A stretch of DNA of 61,342 nucleotides. Origin: Anaerolineae bacterium (GTDB lineage Bacteria; Chloroflexota; Anaerolineae; E26-bin7). The notes below the pieces were generated by a model that saw only the letters and a list, made by a program, of their open reading frames with translations, did no database searches and was not told where the DNA came from. This document shows, one piece after another, positions 48,056 through 56,162 of the stretch (position 1 is its first letter; each line of letters begins with the position of its first letter). The stretch covers positions 1 to 61,342 of the forward strand of contig JBGVTF010000036.1 of assembly GCA_041862415.1 (NCBI GenBank). The letters are read 5' to 3'. The position numbers and the translations under genes were made by a program.

Positions 48056-48802
48056 GTGGATGATAAGAGAGGCTTTGCGCTTTATCTGAGCAAGATCCAA
48101 GGCATGATAGACGATGTCCGAGAGAAGCAGGCACCGAAGATCCTCAAGGCCGCCGAGATGATCGCCGCCTCCCTGGGACAAGGGGGCATCCTCCACGTCT
48201 TGGGCACCTCTCACTCCCAACTTCTGGCCCAGGAGATCTTCTACCGAGCTGGCTGCCTGGTACCCACCAACGCGATGATCGAACCGGCACTGGGGCTCCG
48301 GGAGGCAAGCGAGAACTGCTACTGGTATGAACGTCAAGAAGCCTATGGCAGGGTTGTCTTGGACTCGTATCGGACCGGGCCCGGCGACGTCGTCCTCGTC
48401 ATTTCCACCTCTGGGTGCAACGAGGTGCCTGTGGAAGTGGCCCTGCAGGCGAAGAAGCGGGGACTGAAGGTGATCGCTTTGGTCTCGCTCCCCTATTGCG
48501 CCGGCGTCGAGGCCCGGCACTCCAGCGGGAAAAAGCTCCCTGATATAGCCGATGTAGTGCTGGATAACGGTGCTGTACTGGGGGATGCTGCCATAGAGCT
48601 GGATGGCATCCCATATAAGGTGGGGGCCACGTCAGGGGTCATCGGCGCTGCCATCCTCCAGGCATTGGTGGTCCAGGTGGCGGAGACTTTATCTGGAAGG
48701 GGCGTGGAGCCTCCCATTTGGGTTTCTATCAACCTGCCTGGCGGGACTGAAATCAACGCCAAATATCTGGAGCGATATAAGGGTAGGGTAAAGCATCTGT
48801 AG
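48056..48802 (+). CDS. single-SIS-domain protein (UPF0309-like)
   Basis: 248 aa with AAEMIAASLGQGGILHVLGTSHSQLLAQEIFYRAGCL and VVLVISTSGCNEVPVEVA. It is a paralog of the gene at 50111-50851. Confidence 0.75.
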   Translation: MDDKRGFALYLSKIQGMIDDVREKQAPKILKAAEMIAASLGQGGILHVLGTSHSQLLAQEIFYRAGCLVPTNAMIEPALGLREASENCYWYERQEAYGRVVLDSYRTGPGDVVLVISTSGCNEVPVEVALQAKKRGLKVIALVSLPYCAGVEARHSSGKKLPDIADVVLDNGAVLGDAAIELDGIPYKVGATSGVIGAAILQALVVQVAETLSGRGVEPPIWVSINLPGGTEINAKYLERYKGRVKHL

Positions 48803-48818
48803 AAGTCGAAAGAAGTCA

Positions 48819-49976
48819 ATGGATAGAGTTATCATCGCCAATGGGCGGGTGATCACCCCATGGCAAGTGTTGGAAAAGGGCGTAGTGGTTGTCGAGGGGG
48901 GAAAGATCGCAGAGATTGGAGAGGGGTTTGAGCCTTCGGGGAAGTCAGGGGCAACCGTCATTGATGCTACGGGGAGGACAGTAGCCCCAGGCTACATTGA
49001 CATCCACGTCCATGGTGGGGCTGGCCATGACACCATGGACGCCACCCCACAGGCCATCCAAGGGATGGCGCAGTTCTTTTCCAGCCACGGTGTGACCGGC
49101 TTCCTTCCCACAACGGTCGCAGCGTCCAAGGAGGAGATCCTTGCGGCCATCGAAAACGTAGCCCTGTGCCAAAGGGAGCAGGCCGGCGGTGCGCAAGTGC
49201 TGGGTGTACACGTGGAGGGCCCCTACATCAGCCCCAGCAAGCCAGGCGCTCAGCCTGCGCAGTTCATCCGGCCCGCTGAGCCCGATGAGTACTGCGAATT
49301 CTTCGCCTGGGATAACATCAAGGTGATCACCCTTGCGCCAGAGATCCCCGAAAACAATGAACTCATCACCTATGCAATTCAACAGGGGGCGACTGTGGCT
49401 GTGGGCCATTCTGCAGCCAGCTACGATGAGGTGCTGGCGGCCGTGCGGCTGGGTCTGAGCCACTCCACCCATACCTTCAATGGCATGAGAGGTCTCCATC
49501 ATAGAGAGCCGGGAACCGTTGGAGCAGTGCTGACCTGCGATGAGATCATGGCTGAGATCATCGCCGACAACATCCATATCCATCCGATAGTGATAAAGCT
49601 CCTGGTGCAAGCCAAGAGCGTGGAGCGGACGGTGCTAATAACCGATGCCATCAGGGCAGCAGGCATGCCTGATGGCATCTATGGGCTGGGGGGCCAGCGG
49701 GTGACTGTAAAAGAGGGCGTAGTTCGGATCGCTACGGGGAGTCTGGCTGGCAGCACTCTGACCATGGATAGGGCGGTGGAGAACGCGATGGCGGCCGCTG
49801 ATCTCTCTCTGGCCGAGGCCTTGCGGATGGCCAGCTACAACCCAGCACGGGTCATCGAGATGGAGAAGAAGAAGGGCAGTCTGGAGCCGGGCAAGGATGC
49901 GGACATCGTCTTGTTGGACGATGAACTCAAAGTGGTCTTGACCATGGTCGGCGGCAAGGTGGTTTATCAGGCTTGA
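48819..49976 (+). CDS. nagA: N-acetylglucosamine-6-phosphate deacetylase
   Basis: 385 aa with GYIDIHVHGGAGHDTMD, HVEGPYIS, VGHSAA, HTFNGM and AGSTLTMD. Confidence 0.9.
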   Translation: MDRVIIANGRVITPWQVLEKGVVVVEGGKIAEIGEGFEPSGKSGATVIDATGRTVAPGYIDIHVHGGAGHDTMDATPQAIQGMAQFFSSHGVTGFLPTTVAASKEEILAAIENVALCQREQAGGAQVLGVHVEGPYISPSKPGAQPAQFIRPAEPDEYCEFFAWDNIKVITLAPEIPENNELITYAIQQGATVAVGHSAASYDEVLAAVRLGLSHSTHTFNGMRGLHHREPGTVGAVLTCDEIMAEIIADNIHIHPIVIKLLVQAKSVERTVLITDAIRAAGMPDGIYGLGGQRVTVKEGVVRIATGSLAGSTLTMDRAVENAMAAADLSLAEALRMASYNPARVIEMEKKKGSLEPGKDADIVLLDDELKVVLTMVGGKVVYQA

Positions 49977-50110
49977 GTGTGCAGGCCTGAGCAACTCTTC
50001 AAACGTTTCTTGCGCACTCCCAGTTGCCACCCATTGGGTGGTGGTGGGTGCTTATAGCGGTGTATTTGGATCACCGCAAAGTCTGAATTCACAACAGGAG
50101 ATAAGGAAAG

Positions 50111-50851
50111 ATGCTAGCTAAAGAGTATTTAGAAAAGGCTTCGGCCATCCTCAAAAAGATCGAGGAGAGCCAGCTAGGGAAGATCGAGGAAGCGGCTGAG
50201 ATCATCAGCCAGGCCATCATTGACGGGCACATGCTCTTTGCCTTCGGCTGTAGCCACTCCTCACTCCCGGTGCAGGAGATCTTCTACCGGGCTGGAGGCC
50301 TGATGTTGGTCAATCCCGTCTTTGGCCCTGGCCTGTCCCTGGAGGATTTCCCGTCCACCTTCACCTCCAAGATGGAGCGGCTAGAGGGCTACGGCAGGCT
50401 GTTGCTGGATAGGCTCCCTACCAAGGCAGGCGATGTTTTGATCCTGGTGTCCGTATCTGGGCGAAACGCCGTGCCTGTTGACATGGCCATGGCTGCCAAG
50501 GAAAAGGAGATGAAGGTCATCGGCCTGACCTCCATGGAATACACCACCAGCTTCAGCTCCCGCCACCCCAGCGGGAAGAGGATGTATGAGCTGGTAGACG
50601 TGGTGATTGACAATCCGGTTCCCCCCGGCGATGCCATTCTGCAGGTCGAGGGGGTGCCGCAGAAGATCTGCCCTATCTCGGGCGTCACCAGTTGTGCTAT
50701 CCTCCATGCCCTTATGGCCGCCACGGTGGAGAAGTTAATGACCAAGGGCGTCACACCTCCGGTCTATCTGGCCGCCAATGTGCCGGGTGGAGACGAGTAC
50801 AATAAGCGATTGATGACCGAATACAAAGACCGCATGCTCTATGTCTTCTAG
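50111..50851 (+). CDS. single-SIS-domain protein (UPF0309-like), paralog of 48056-48802
   Basis: 246 aa with AAEIISQAIIDGHMLFAFGCSHSSLPVQEIFYRAGGL and VLILVSVSGRNAVPVDMA. Confidence 0.8.
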   Translation: MLAKEYLEKASAILKKIEESQLGKIEEAAEIISQAIIDGHMLFAFGCSHSSLPVQEIFYRAGGLMLVNPVFGPGLSLEDFPSTFTSKMERLEGYGRLLLDRLPTKAGDVLILVSVSGRNAVPVDMAMAAKEKEMKVIGLTSMEYTTSFSSRHPSGKRMYELVDVVIDNPVPPGDAILQVEGVPQKICPISGVTSCAILHALMAATVEKLMTKGVTPPVYLAANVPGGDEYNKRLMTEYKDRMLYVF

Positions 50852-50903
50852 CGAAGGTTAAGAGAAGAGAGAGAGGTCTATAGCTAAAAGGGCAATTCAT
50901 ACC

Positions 50904-51104
50904 CTTCTCCCCGATTCATCCCTGGTGCGGGGAGGACCAACCCTATTGTTGGCCGTCTCCCGCTCCGGTGAGACGACGGAAACCCTATGGGCGGTGCGTG
51001 GTTTCAAGGAAGGCTCGGGAAAGACCGTCTTAGTTATCATCTGCTATGAGGACAGCCCCTTGGCACCCGAGGCTTCCCGCGGCTTGATCGCCCGAGAGGG
51101 AAAG
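50904..51104 (+). pseudogene. internal fragment of an AgaS/GlmS-type SIS gene (relic)
   Basis: LPDSSLVRGGPTLLLAVSRSGETTETLWAVRGFKEGSGKTVLVIICYEDSPLAPEASRGLIAREGK matches roughly residues 70-135 of the 44456-45514 product (FPDTAPSDRTLLLAVSRSGTTTETLRALERF...). Both the N- and C-terminal parts are missing. Confidence 0.55.
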
Positions 51105-51129
51105 TATGTAGGGATGGATGTACCCCTAT

Positions 51130-51408
51130 ATGGAATACCGACGTATTAAGGTGACTAATGAAGTAGGACTTCACGCCCGGCCAGCAGCCTTGTTCGTCAA
51201 GGAAGCTGGCCTATTCAAATCTGACACCCGCGTCCGCAACGCGACAACGGATAGTGATTGGGTAGATGCTAAGAGCATCCTGAGCGTGCTCACATTGGGC
51301 GTCGAGAAGGGCCACGAAATTGAGATCACTGCGGAGGGTTCGGACGAGACCCAAGCTGCCACAGCATTGGAGAAACTGATCCGTACCGATCTAGCGGGTC
51401 AACTCTAA
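51130..51408 (+). CDS. ptsH: phosphocarrier protein HPr
   Basis: MEYRRIKVTNEVGLHARPAALFVKEA carries the His15 motif, and KSILSVLTLGV carries the Ser46 region. Confidence 0.85.
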   Translation: MEYRRIKVTNEVGLHARPAALFVKEAGLFKSDTRVRNATTDSDWVDAKSILSVLTLGVEKGHEIEITAEGSDETQAATALEKLIRTDLAGQL

Positions 51409-51473
51409 CCGCTTGGCGCAGCCTGGTCTGCGGCAGGCACAAGCAGAACATTGTCTTCTGAAGGCAGACAGTC

Positions 51474-53210
51474 GTGATGCGAACTCAAAAGAACAAGACC
51501 CGTACCCTGAGAGGTATCGCCGCCGCCCCTGGGCTGGCTCAGGGGCCGGCCGTCGTATGGTCTGAGGAAACCGTCGTCGTTTCGCGGCACACCGGCCAGG
51601 ACCGGGCGACCGAATGGGCCAGATTGGAAGCAGCGCGCCGGGTTGCCCGGGAGGAGATCAGCCGTCTAAAGGACAAGGTGGCCAAAGAAGCCGATCTGGC
51701 CGAAGCAGCAGTGTTTGACGCCCACATAATGATCCTGGACGATGCCGCTTTGCTCAACAGGTCTGAGACTGCCATAAAAGGTGGTCTGAACGCCGAGGCC
51801 GCCTGGATGGATGCCGCGGAGCATTACGCTGGGCAGCTTGATAGCCTGCCCGACCCGACCCTGCGCGCTCGAGTTGCCGATGTGCGCGACGTCGGTCTTT
51901 GTGTTCTACGCCACCTGCTCGGCCGAGAAGCTCAGCCTGGCCTCGACCTACACGAGCCCTCAGTGATTATCGCCCAGGACCTGACCCCTTCGCAAACTGC
52001 TTCTCTGGACAAAAGGCTGGTGCTTGCCTTCTGCACCGCCGAGGGAGGACCGACATCCCACACCGCTATCCTGGCCAAGGCGCTTGATCTGCCGGCTGTT
52101 GTGGGTCTTGGGCTGGCTGCGCTTGACCTACCCCCTGGTGCGTTTCTTCTCGTAGACGGCGATCGCGGCGAGGTAATCGCCTATCCGGACGAAACAACCC
52201 TGCAAGACTTCCAGACGCGACGTCGCAAAGCCTTGCGGGTAGCCCGGGCTGAGATGGCAGAGGCTCATGAGCCAGCGATCACCCGGGACGCCCACCAAGT
52301 GAAAGTTGTGGCCAACGTGCGAAACCCGGAGGAGGCTGTCGCCGCCCTAGAGTTTGGTGCCGAGGGGATTGGGCTGCTACGCACCGAGTTTCTGTATCTA
52401 AACCGAATGACGGCACCCGACGAGGAAGAGCAGCTCGCCGCCTACAACTCAGTGTTAGGTGTAATGGAAACCCGTCCCGTGGTTGTTCGCACCTTGGACG
52501 TCGGGGGTGACAAGGACCTGCCTTATCTGGATCTGGGGCGTGAGTCCAACCCCTTCCTCGGCTGGCGAGCCATCCGCATGTGCCTGGACCAACCAGATTT
52601 CTTCAAGGTTCAACTGCGGGCGCTACTGCGCGCCAGCCTAGGCCATGACCTGCGAATCATGTTCCCGATGATCACCACCCTCGATGAGGTGCGACAAGCC
52701 AAGGCTCTGCTGGATGAGGCCCGTCGTGAGGTCCAGGCTGCCGGTCATCCAATGGCAGAGACGATTCAGGTGGGAATCATGGTCGAAGTGCCCTCGGTGG
52801 CGATGTTGGCGGACTTGTTCGCCTCCGAAATTGATTTCTTCAGCATCGGTACAAACGACCTCACTCAGTACACAATGGCTGCCGAGAGCACCAACGACAG
52901 AGTGGCTCATCTGAGTGACGCCTGTCACCCGGCAGTGCTGCGCCAGATTCAGCATGTGGTCGTGGCTGGGCATCAGGCGGGGATATGGATTGGCGTGTGC
53001 GGTGAGTTAGCTGGTGACCCAGAGGCAGTACCGATTCTGCTTGGGCTGGAAGTAGATAAGCTTAGCATGTCTCCCGCAAGCATCCCGCACATCAAGGCGA
53101 CAATTCGCCACTGGTCTCTTCAGGCCGCCCAGAGATTAGCCAGTGAAGCTATCAATCTGGACTCGGCGGTAGCTGTGCGCAGGCTGGTGCGGAGTCGTCA
53201 GCCAGCGTAG
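51474..53210 (+). CDS. ptsI: phosphoenolpyruvate-protein phosphotransferase (PTS Enzyme I)
   Basis: 578 aa with GGPTSHTAILAKAL (phospho-His), LRTEFLYL, RTLDVGGDK, FFSIGTNDLTQY and CGELAGDP. Confidence 0.9.
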   Translation: MMRTQKNKTRTLRGIAAAPGLAQGPAVVWSEETVVVSRHTGQDRATEWARLEAARRVAREEISRLKDKVAKEADLAEAAVFDAHIMILDDAALLNRSETAIKGGLNAEAAWMDAAEHYAGQLDSLPDPTLRARVADVRDVGLCVLRHLLGREAQPGLDLHEPSVIIAQDLTPSQTASLDKRLVLAFCTAEGGPTSHTAILAKALDLPAVVGLGLAALDLPPGAFLLVDGDRGEVIAYPDETTLQDFQTRRRKALRVARAEMAEAHEPAITRDAHQVKVVANVRNPEEAVAALEFGAEGIGLLRTEFLYLNRMTAPDEEEQLAAYNSVLGVMETRPVVVRTLDVGGDKDLPYLDLGRESNPFLGWRAIRMCLDQPDFFKVQLRALLRASLGHDLRIMFPMITTLDEVRQAKALLDEARREVQAAGHPMAETIQVGIMVEVPSVAMLADLFASEIDFFSIGTNDLTQYTMAAESTNDRVAHLSDACHPAVLRQIQHVVVAGHQAGIWIGVCGELAGDPEAVPILLGLEVDKLSMSPASIPHIKATIRHWSLQAAQRLASEAINLDSAVAVRRLVRSRQPA

Positions 53211-53244
53211 TGCTGGAGCAAGTTTCTATGAAGGGACTGGCAAT

Positions 53245-54087
53245 ATGATTGACTTTCACACCCATCCTGTACTGGTCCGCGAGATGATTGAGCGACACCC
53301 CGAGCTGGAACGAGCCGCTCGCGAGATCTTTTTCATCGGCAACAATTTCCAGCCCCTGGAGACCTTTCTGCTGGAGTTGGATGTAGCGGGCCTCGACCGT
53401 GCCGTGCTGTTGCCCATAGACTGCACCTCTACGCGCGGTGCATCGATCTGGAGCAATGAACAGATCGAGGAGCTGTGTCAAATGAGCGAGCGCTTCATTG
53501 GCTTCGCCAGCGTTGACCCCCATCAGCCCAAAACGGTGCAAAAGCTGGAGCAGGCAGTCAGGGGGCTGGGGCTGCGAGGACTCAAGTTGGCTCCGGGCAT
53601 TCAGGAGTTCTACCCGAACGATCCGGCTCTCTATCCTCTCTACGAGAAGGCACAGGAACTGGGCATACCCATTCTGTTCCACGCTGGAATGACCTGGGAG
53701 CCTCGCGCTAAGACCGGGTATGGCCGGCCCATCTATTTCGAGGATGTGGCCTATGACTTCCCGGAGCTAAGGATCGTCCTGGCTCATCTGGCCTGGCCCT
53801 GGGTTCTGGAGGCGGTGGCCCTGGCGCTCAAGTATCCCAGCGTCTACCTGGACACCTCGGCGCTGTACTTCGACAACCCCAAGGATTTTATCCACTTTGC
53901 GATGGCCGAGCAGGTGCCTGTCACAGTATGGGAGCGCAGCCTGCGCAAGCAGCTTGTCTTCGGCTCGAACTATCCTCGCGTAGAGATCAAGAACATGGCC
54001 ACTGCGGTACGTAGCCTGGGGCTGAGCCAGGGCTGTCTGGAGCTGGTCTTCAGAGGTAATGCAGAGCGGCTGCTGGGGGAGACCTGA
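53245..54087 (+). CDS. amidohydrolase-2 family (TIM-barrel metal-dependent hydrolase)
   Basis: 280 aa with MIDFHTHP, ...FHAG... and ...VLAHLAWPW...DTS, which is the Amidohydro_2 pattern. Confidence 0.8.
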   Translation: MIDFHTHPVLVREMIERHPELERAAREIFFIGNNFQPLETFLLELDVAGLDRAVLLPIDCTSTRGASIWSNEQIEELCQMSERFIGFASVDPHQPKTVQKLEQAVRGLGLRGLKLAPGIQEFYPNDPALYPLYEKAQELGIPILFHAGMTWEPRAKTGYGRPIYFEDVAYDFPELRIVLAHLAWPWVLEAVALALKYPSVYLDTSALYFDNPKDFIHFAMAEQVPVTVWERSLRKQLVFGSNYPRVEIKNMATAVRSLGLSQGCLELVFRGNAERLLGET

Positions 54088-54095
54088 GTGCGGCG

Positions 54096-54788
54096 ATGCC
54101 AAGGGATGCGGGAAACATGGGCGGGCTGCCCAAGGCTGTGATTTGGGACATGGACGGCGTCATCGCCGACACCGGAGCTGCTCATTTCGCTGCCTGGCGA
54201 CAGGTCATGGCCGAGTTGGGTCGCCCTTTCGATGAGGCCGACTTTCGTCGTATTTTTGGAATCGTCAACCCCGATGCCGTCCGGCTCTTGTTGGGAGAGA
54301 CGGTCTCGTCCTACGAGATAGGGCGGATCAGCGAGCGCAAGGAAACCCTCTTTCGAGAAGCGGTGCAAGTCCATGTCTCCCTCTTGCCCGGGGTGAAGAC
54401 CTGGCTGGAGCGGCTCAGGCAACAGGGGTATCGTCAGGCTATCGCTTCATCGGCACCGCGAGCCAACATCGAGGTCTTGCTCCATGTGCTGAACGTAGGG
54501 CTGTATTTCCAGGCCACTGTCTCGGCAGACGATGTGACCAAGGGTAAGCCGGATCCGGCTATTTTCCTCAAGGCCGCTGCCGCCTTGGGGGTATCCCCTG
54601 CACGTTGTGTAGTAGTCGAAGACGCCGTGGCTGGCGTGGAGGCAGCCCGTAGAGCGGGAATGATTTGCCTGGCTGTGGCCACCACGCAACCAGCAGAGAG
54701 GTTGAGCGATGCCGACCTGGTCGTAAAGCGCCTGACCGAGCTAGCAGATGATGCTTTTGAACGACTTTTGACCCTTCGGCCGGGCTAA
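54096..54788 (+). CDS. HAD-superfamily hydrolase (beta-phosphoglucomutase-like subfamily IA)
   Basis: It has VIWDMDGVIADT (DxDG motif I), SSAP, KGKPDP and VVEDAVAGVEAA. An alternative start is at 54117. Confidence 0.8.
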   Translation: MPRDAGNMGGLPKAVIWDMDGVIADTGAAHFAAWRQVMAELGRPFDEADFRRIFGIVNPDAVRLLLGETVSSYEIGRISERKETLFREAVQVHVSLLPGVKTWLERLRQQGYRQAIASSAPRANIEVLLHVLNVGLYFQATVSADDVTKGKPDPAIFLKAAAALGVSPARCVVVEDAVAGVEAARRAGMICLAVATTQPAERLSDADLVVKRLTELADDAFERLLTLRPG

Positions 54789-54789
54789 T

Positions 54790-54857
54790 GGGGCTTGCGC
54801 AAAGCCCGGGGAGCTTGAGGGGACTTCGTCGAGCTCAGTCGAGACGTACCCCCTCAA
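54790..54857 (+). repeat. intergenic hairpin cluster containing a copy of the GAGCTCAGTCGA dispersed repeat
   Basis: GGGCTT-gcgca-AAGCCC lies at 54790-54806. TTGAGGGG (54815-54822) pairs with CCCCTCAA (54850-54857) and encloses cttcgtcgagctcagtcgagacgtacc. Confidence 0.7.
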
Positions 54858-54989
54858 CCCCACTTTTTCCTCCTGAGAGCAAGGTTGGTGGGCCAATGCA
54901 GCACACCGGGAAAAGGGAGAGGGACATTGAGGGGACACCTCCGCCCCCGACTTGTTGTGCAGGTCCTAATAGCGTGAAGAGAGTCTCAA

Positions 54990-55421
54990 ATGAAAATCAA
55001 GCTGGAGAAGATTGAGGTTCAGACCCGAACAGATAAGGAACTGATTGATATCACCCCAGAGGTCGAGCGAGTAGTGGCCGAGAGCGGGGTGCGCGAAGGG
55101 CTAGTTTACGTGATGACTACCCACACCTCATCGGGTCTGCTGGTCAACGAGGGGCTGGAATGTCTGGAGCGAGACGTGATCGCCCATCTGGAGCGGTTGG
55201 CTCCAGACGGGGGCGACTACTGGCACAGCCGCTACCTGGACACTGATGGGCGGCTGGGTTTTAATGCTGGGTCGCATCTAAAGAGCATATTGGGTGGCTA
55301 CTTTGCCTATTTCCCCGTTGCCGAGGGCGAGATCGTCAAAGGCTCGCGACAAAGGATCTATTTTGCTGAGTATGACGGTCCTCTGTGTCGGACCTATTGC
55401 ATACAGGTTATAGGGGAATGA
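54990..55421 (+). CDS. YjbQ/UPF0047 family protein (secondary thiamine-phosphate synthase-like)
   Basis: 143 aa with GLVYVMTTHTSSGLLVNE and HLKSILGG...GEIVKGSRQRIYFAEYDGP. Confidence 0.85.
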   Translation: MKIKLEKIEVQTRTDKELIDITPEVERVVAESGVREGLVYVMTTHTSSGLLVNEGLECLERDVIAHLERLAPDGGDYWHSRYLDTDGRLGFNAGSHLKSILGGYFAYFPVAEGEIVKGSRQRIYFAEYDGPLCRTYCIQVIGE

Positions 55422-55426
55422 GATAA

Positions 55427-55548
55427 CATAGTTGATAGGGCTATGGAGCGTGTGCTCTCACTCCAGTAGGGCAAGGGGGGGCAGCAGGCCCAGTACGATG
55501 TTCCGCTGGCCCCCTGTCTTCTGCGTTACCCACAGTCCTAGCTGGCGA
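55427..55548 (+). repeat. copy 2 of the structured element of about 120 nt (copy 1 at 47424-47545)
   Basis: It has the same orientation and the same position directly after a stop codon. The stem has one mismatch (GGGGGGCAGC...GCTGGCCCCC). Confidence 0.8.
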
Positions 55549-55623
55549 GACTGAAATCAAAGCCGAATCTCTGGAGCCTAGCAGAGGATCTGCCTACCTC
55601 GGGCGTTACCAAATGTCTGCCTC

Positions 55624-55702
55624 TTAAGGTCATCAACGACGTAGGACTCTGCCCGGCTGGCGGCCTTGTTCGTCGGACTGGATGATCCCGGACACCCGGG
55701 CG
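55624..55702 (+). pseudogene. relic of a ptsH (HPr) 5' region
   Basis: cttaaggtcatcaacgacgtaggactct---gcccggctggcggccttgttcgtcgg aligns with the ptsH stretch attaaggtgactaatgaagtaggacttcacgcccggccagcagccttgttcgtcaagg (51146-51200). The His15 codon region is deleted, the frame is broken and there is no start codon. Confidence 0.45.
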
Positions 55703-55708
55703 AGAGGC

Positions 55709-55737
55709 TTGACAAATCTCGAACCGTAGATTATAAT
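55709..55737 (+). promoter_or_regulatory. consensus sigma-70 promoter TTGACA-17-TATAAT
   Basis: TTGACA is at 55709-55714 and TATAAT at 55732-55737, about 420 nt upstream of the next confident CDS (56163). Confidence 0.5.
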
Positions 55738-56162
55738 TTTGCTTGGTGAAAGCGTTTTTCGAGTAGTGACATTTGACGTTCGGATAACCTTGGCACATGG
55801 TGCTTCAGATGATAGGGAGGTTAGTCCAATGGCGGATGGTGGTTCTGGCAATCAGCAATCCGCTGCACGAAGGGCTGCCCGTGGTGAGCCCCGTCGAACC
55901 GCTCTCAGCAGATAGTCTGGCACGTCTCTGGCACGGCGTCAGCCCGGTGACCGGAGGCGTGCTTTTTGATTTGGCGCAGGGTCACTTATCATTGAAGTAA
56001 CGGTGTCGAATATTTACTTTGACTGACAAACATATGAGACTCTTCACTTGATCTGGAAGCATTTACTGTAGTTCTGACTCACGAACTGGGCTTGTTTGCT
56101 CCTTGGCAGGCGGAGTTCAGCAAGGCGATGGCGCCTTTGGAACTGGGTGAAAGACGTGTTAC

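Noticed and set aside
54815-54857. A tRNA gene, suggested by the GAGCTCAGTCGAG (D-loop-like) sequence
   Set aside because: There is no acceptor stem, anticodon arm or GTTCRANYC T-loop. The sequence is a simple hairpin and belongs to the dispersed repeat family.
55800-55870. Possible glmS ribozyme or RNase P RNA, because of GGGAGGUUAGUCCAAUGGCGGAUGG (compare glmS GGAGGUUAUCGAAUUUUCGGCGGAUGCC and the RNase P GAGGAAAGUCC box)
   Set aside because: The complementary CCUCC strand, the AGCGCC cleavage-site region and the P1/P2a hairpins of glmS are absent. The region is also too short and lacks the other conserved RNase P blocks. I treat the similarity as coincidental pending a covariance-model scan.
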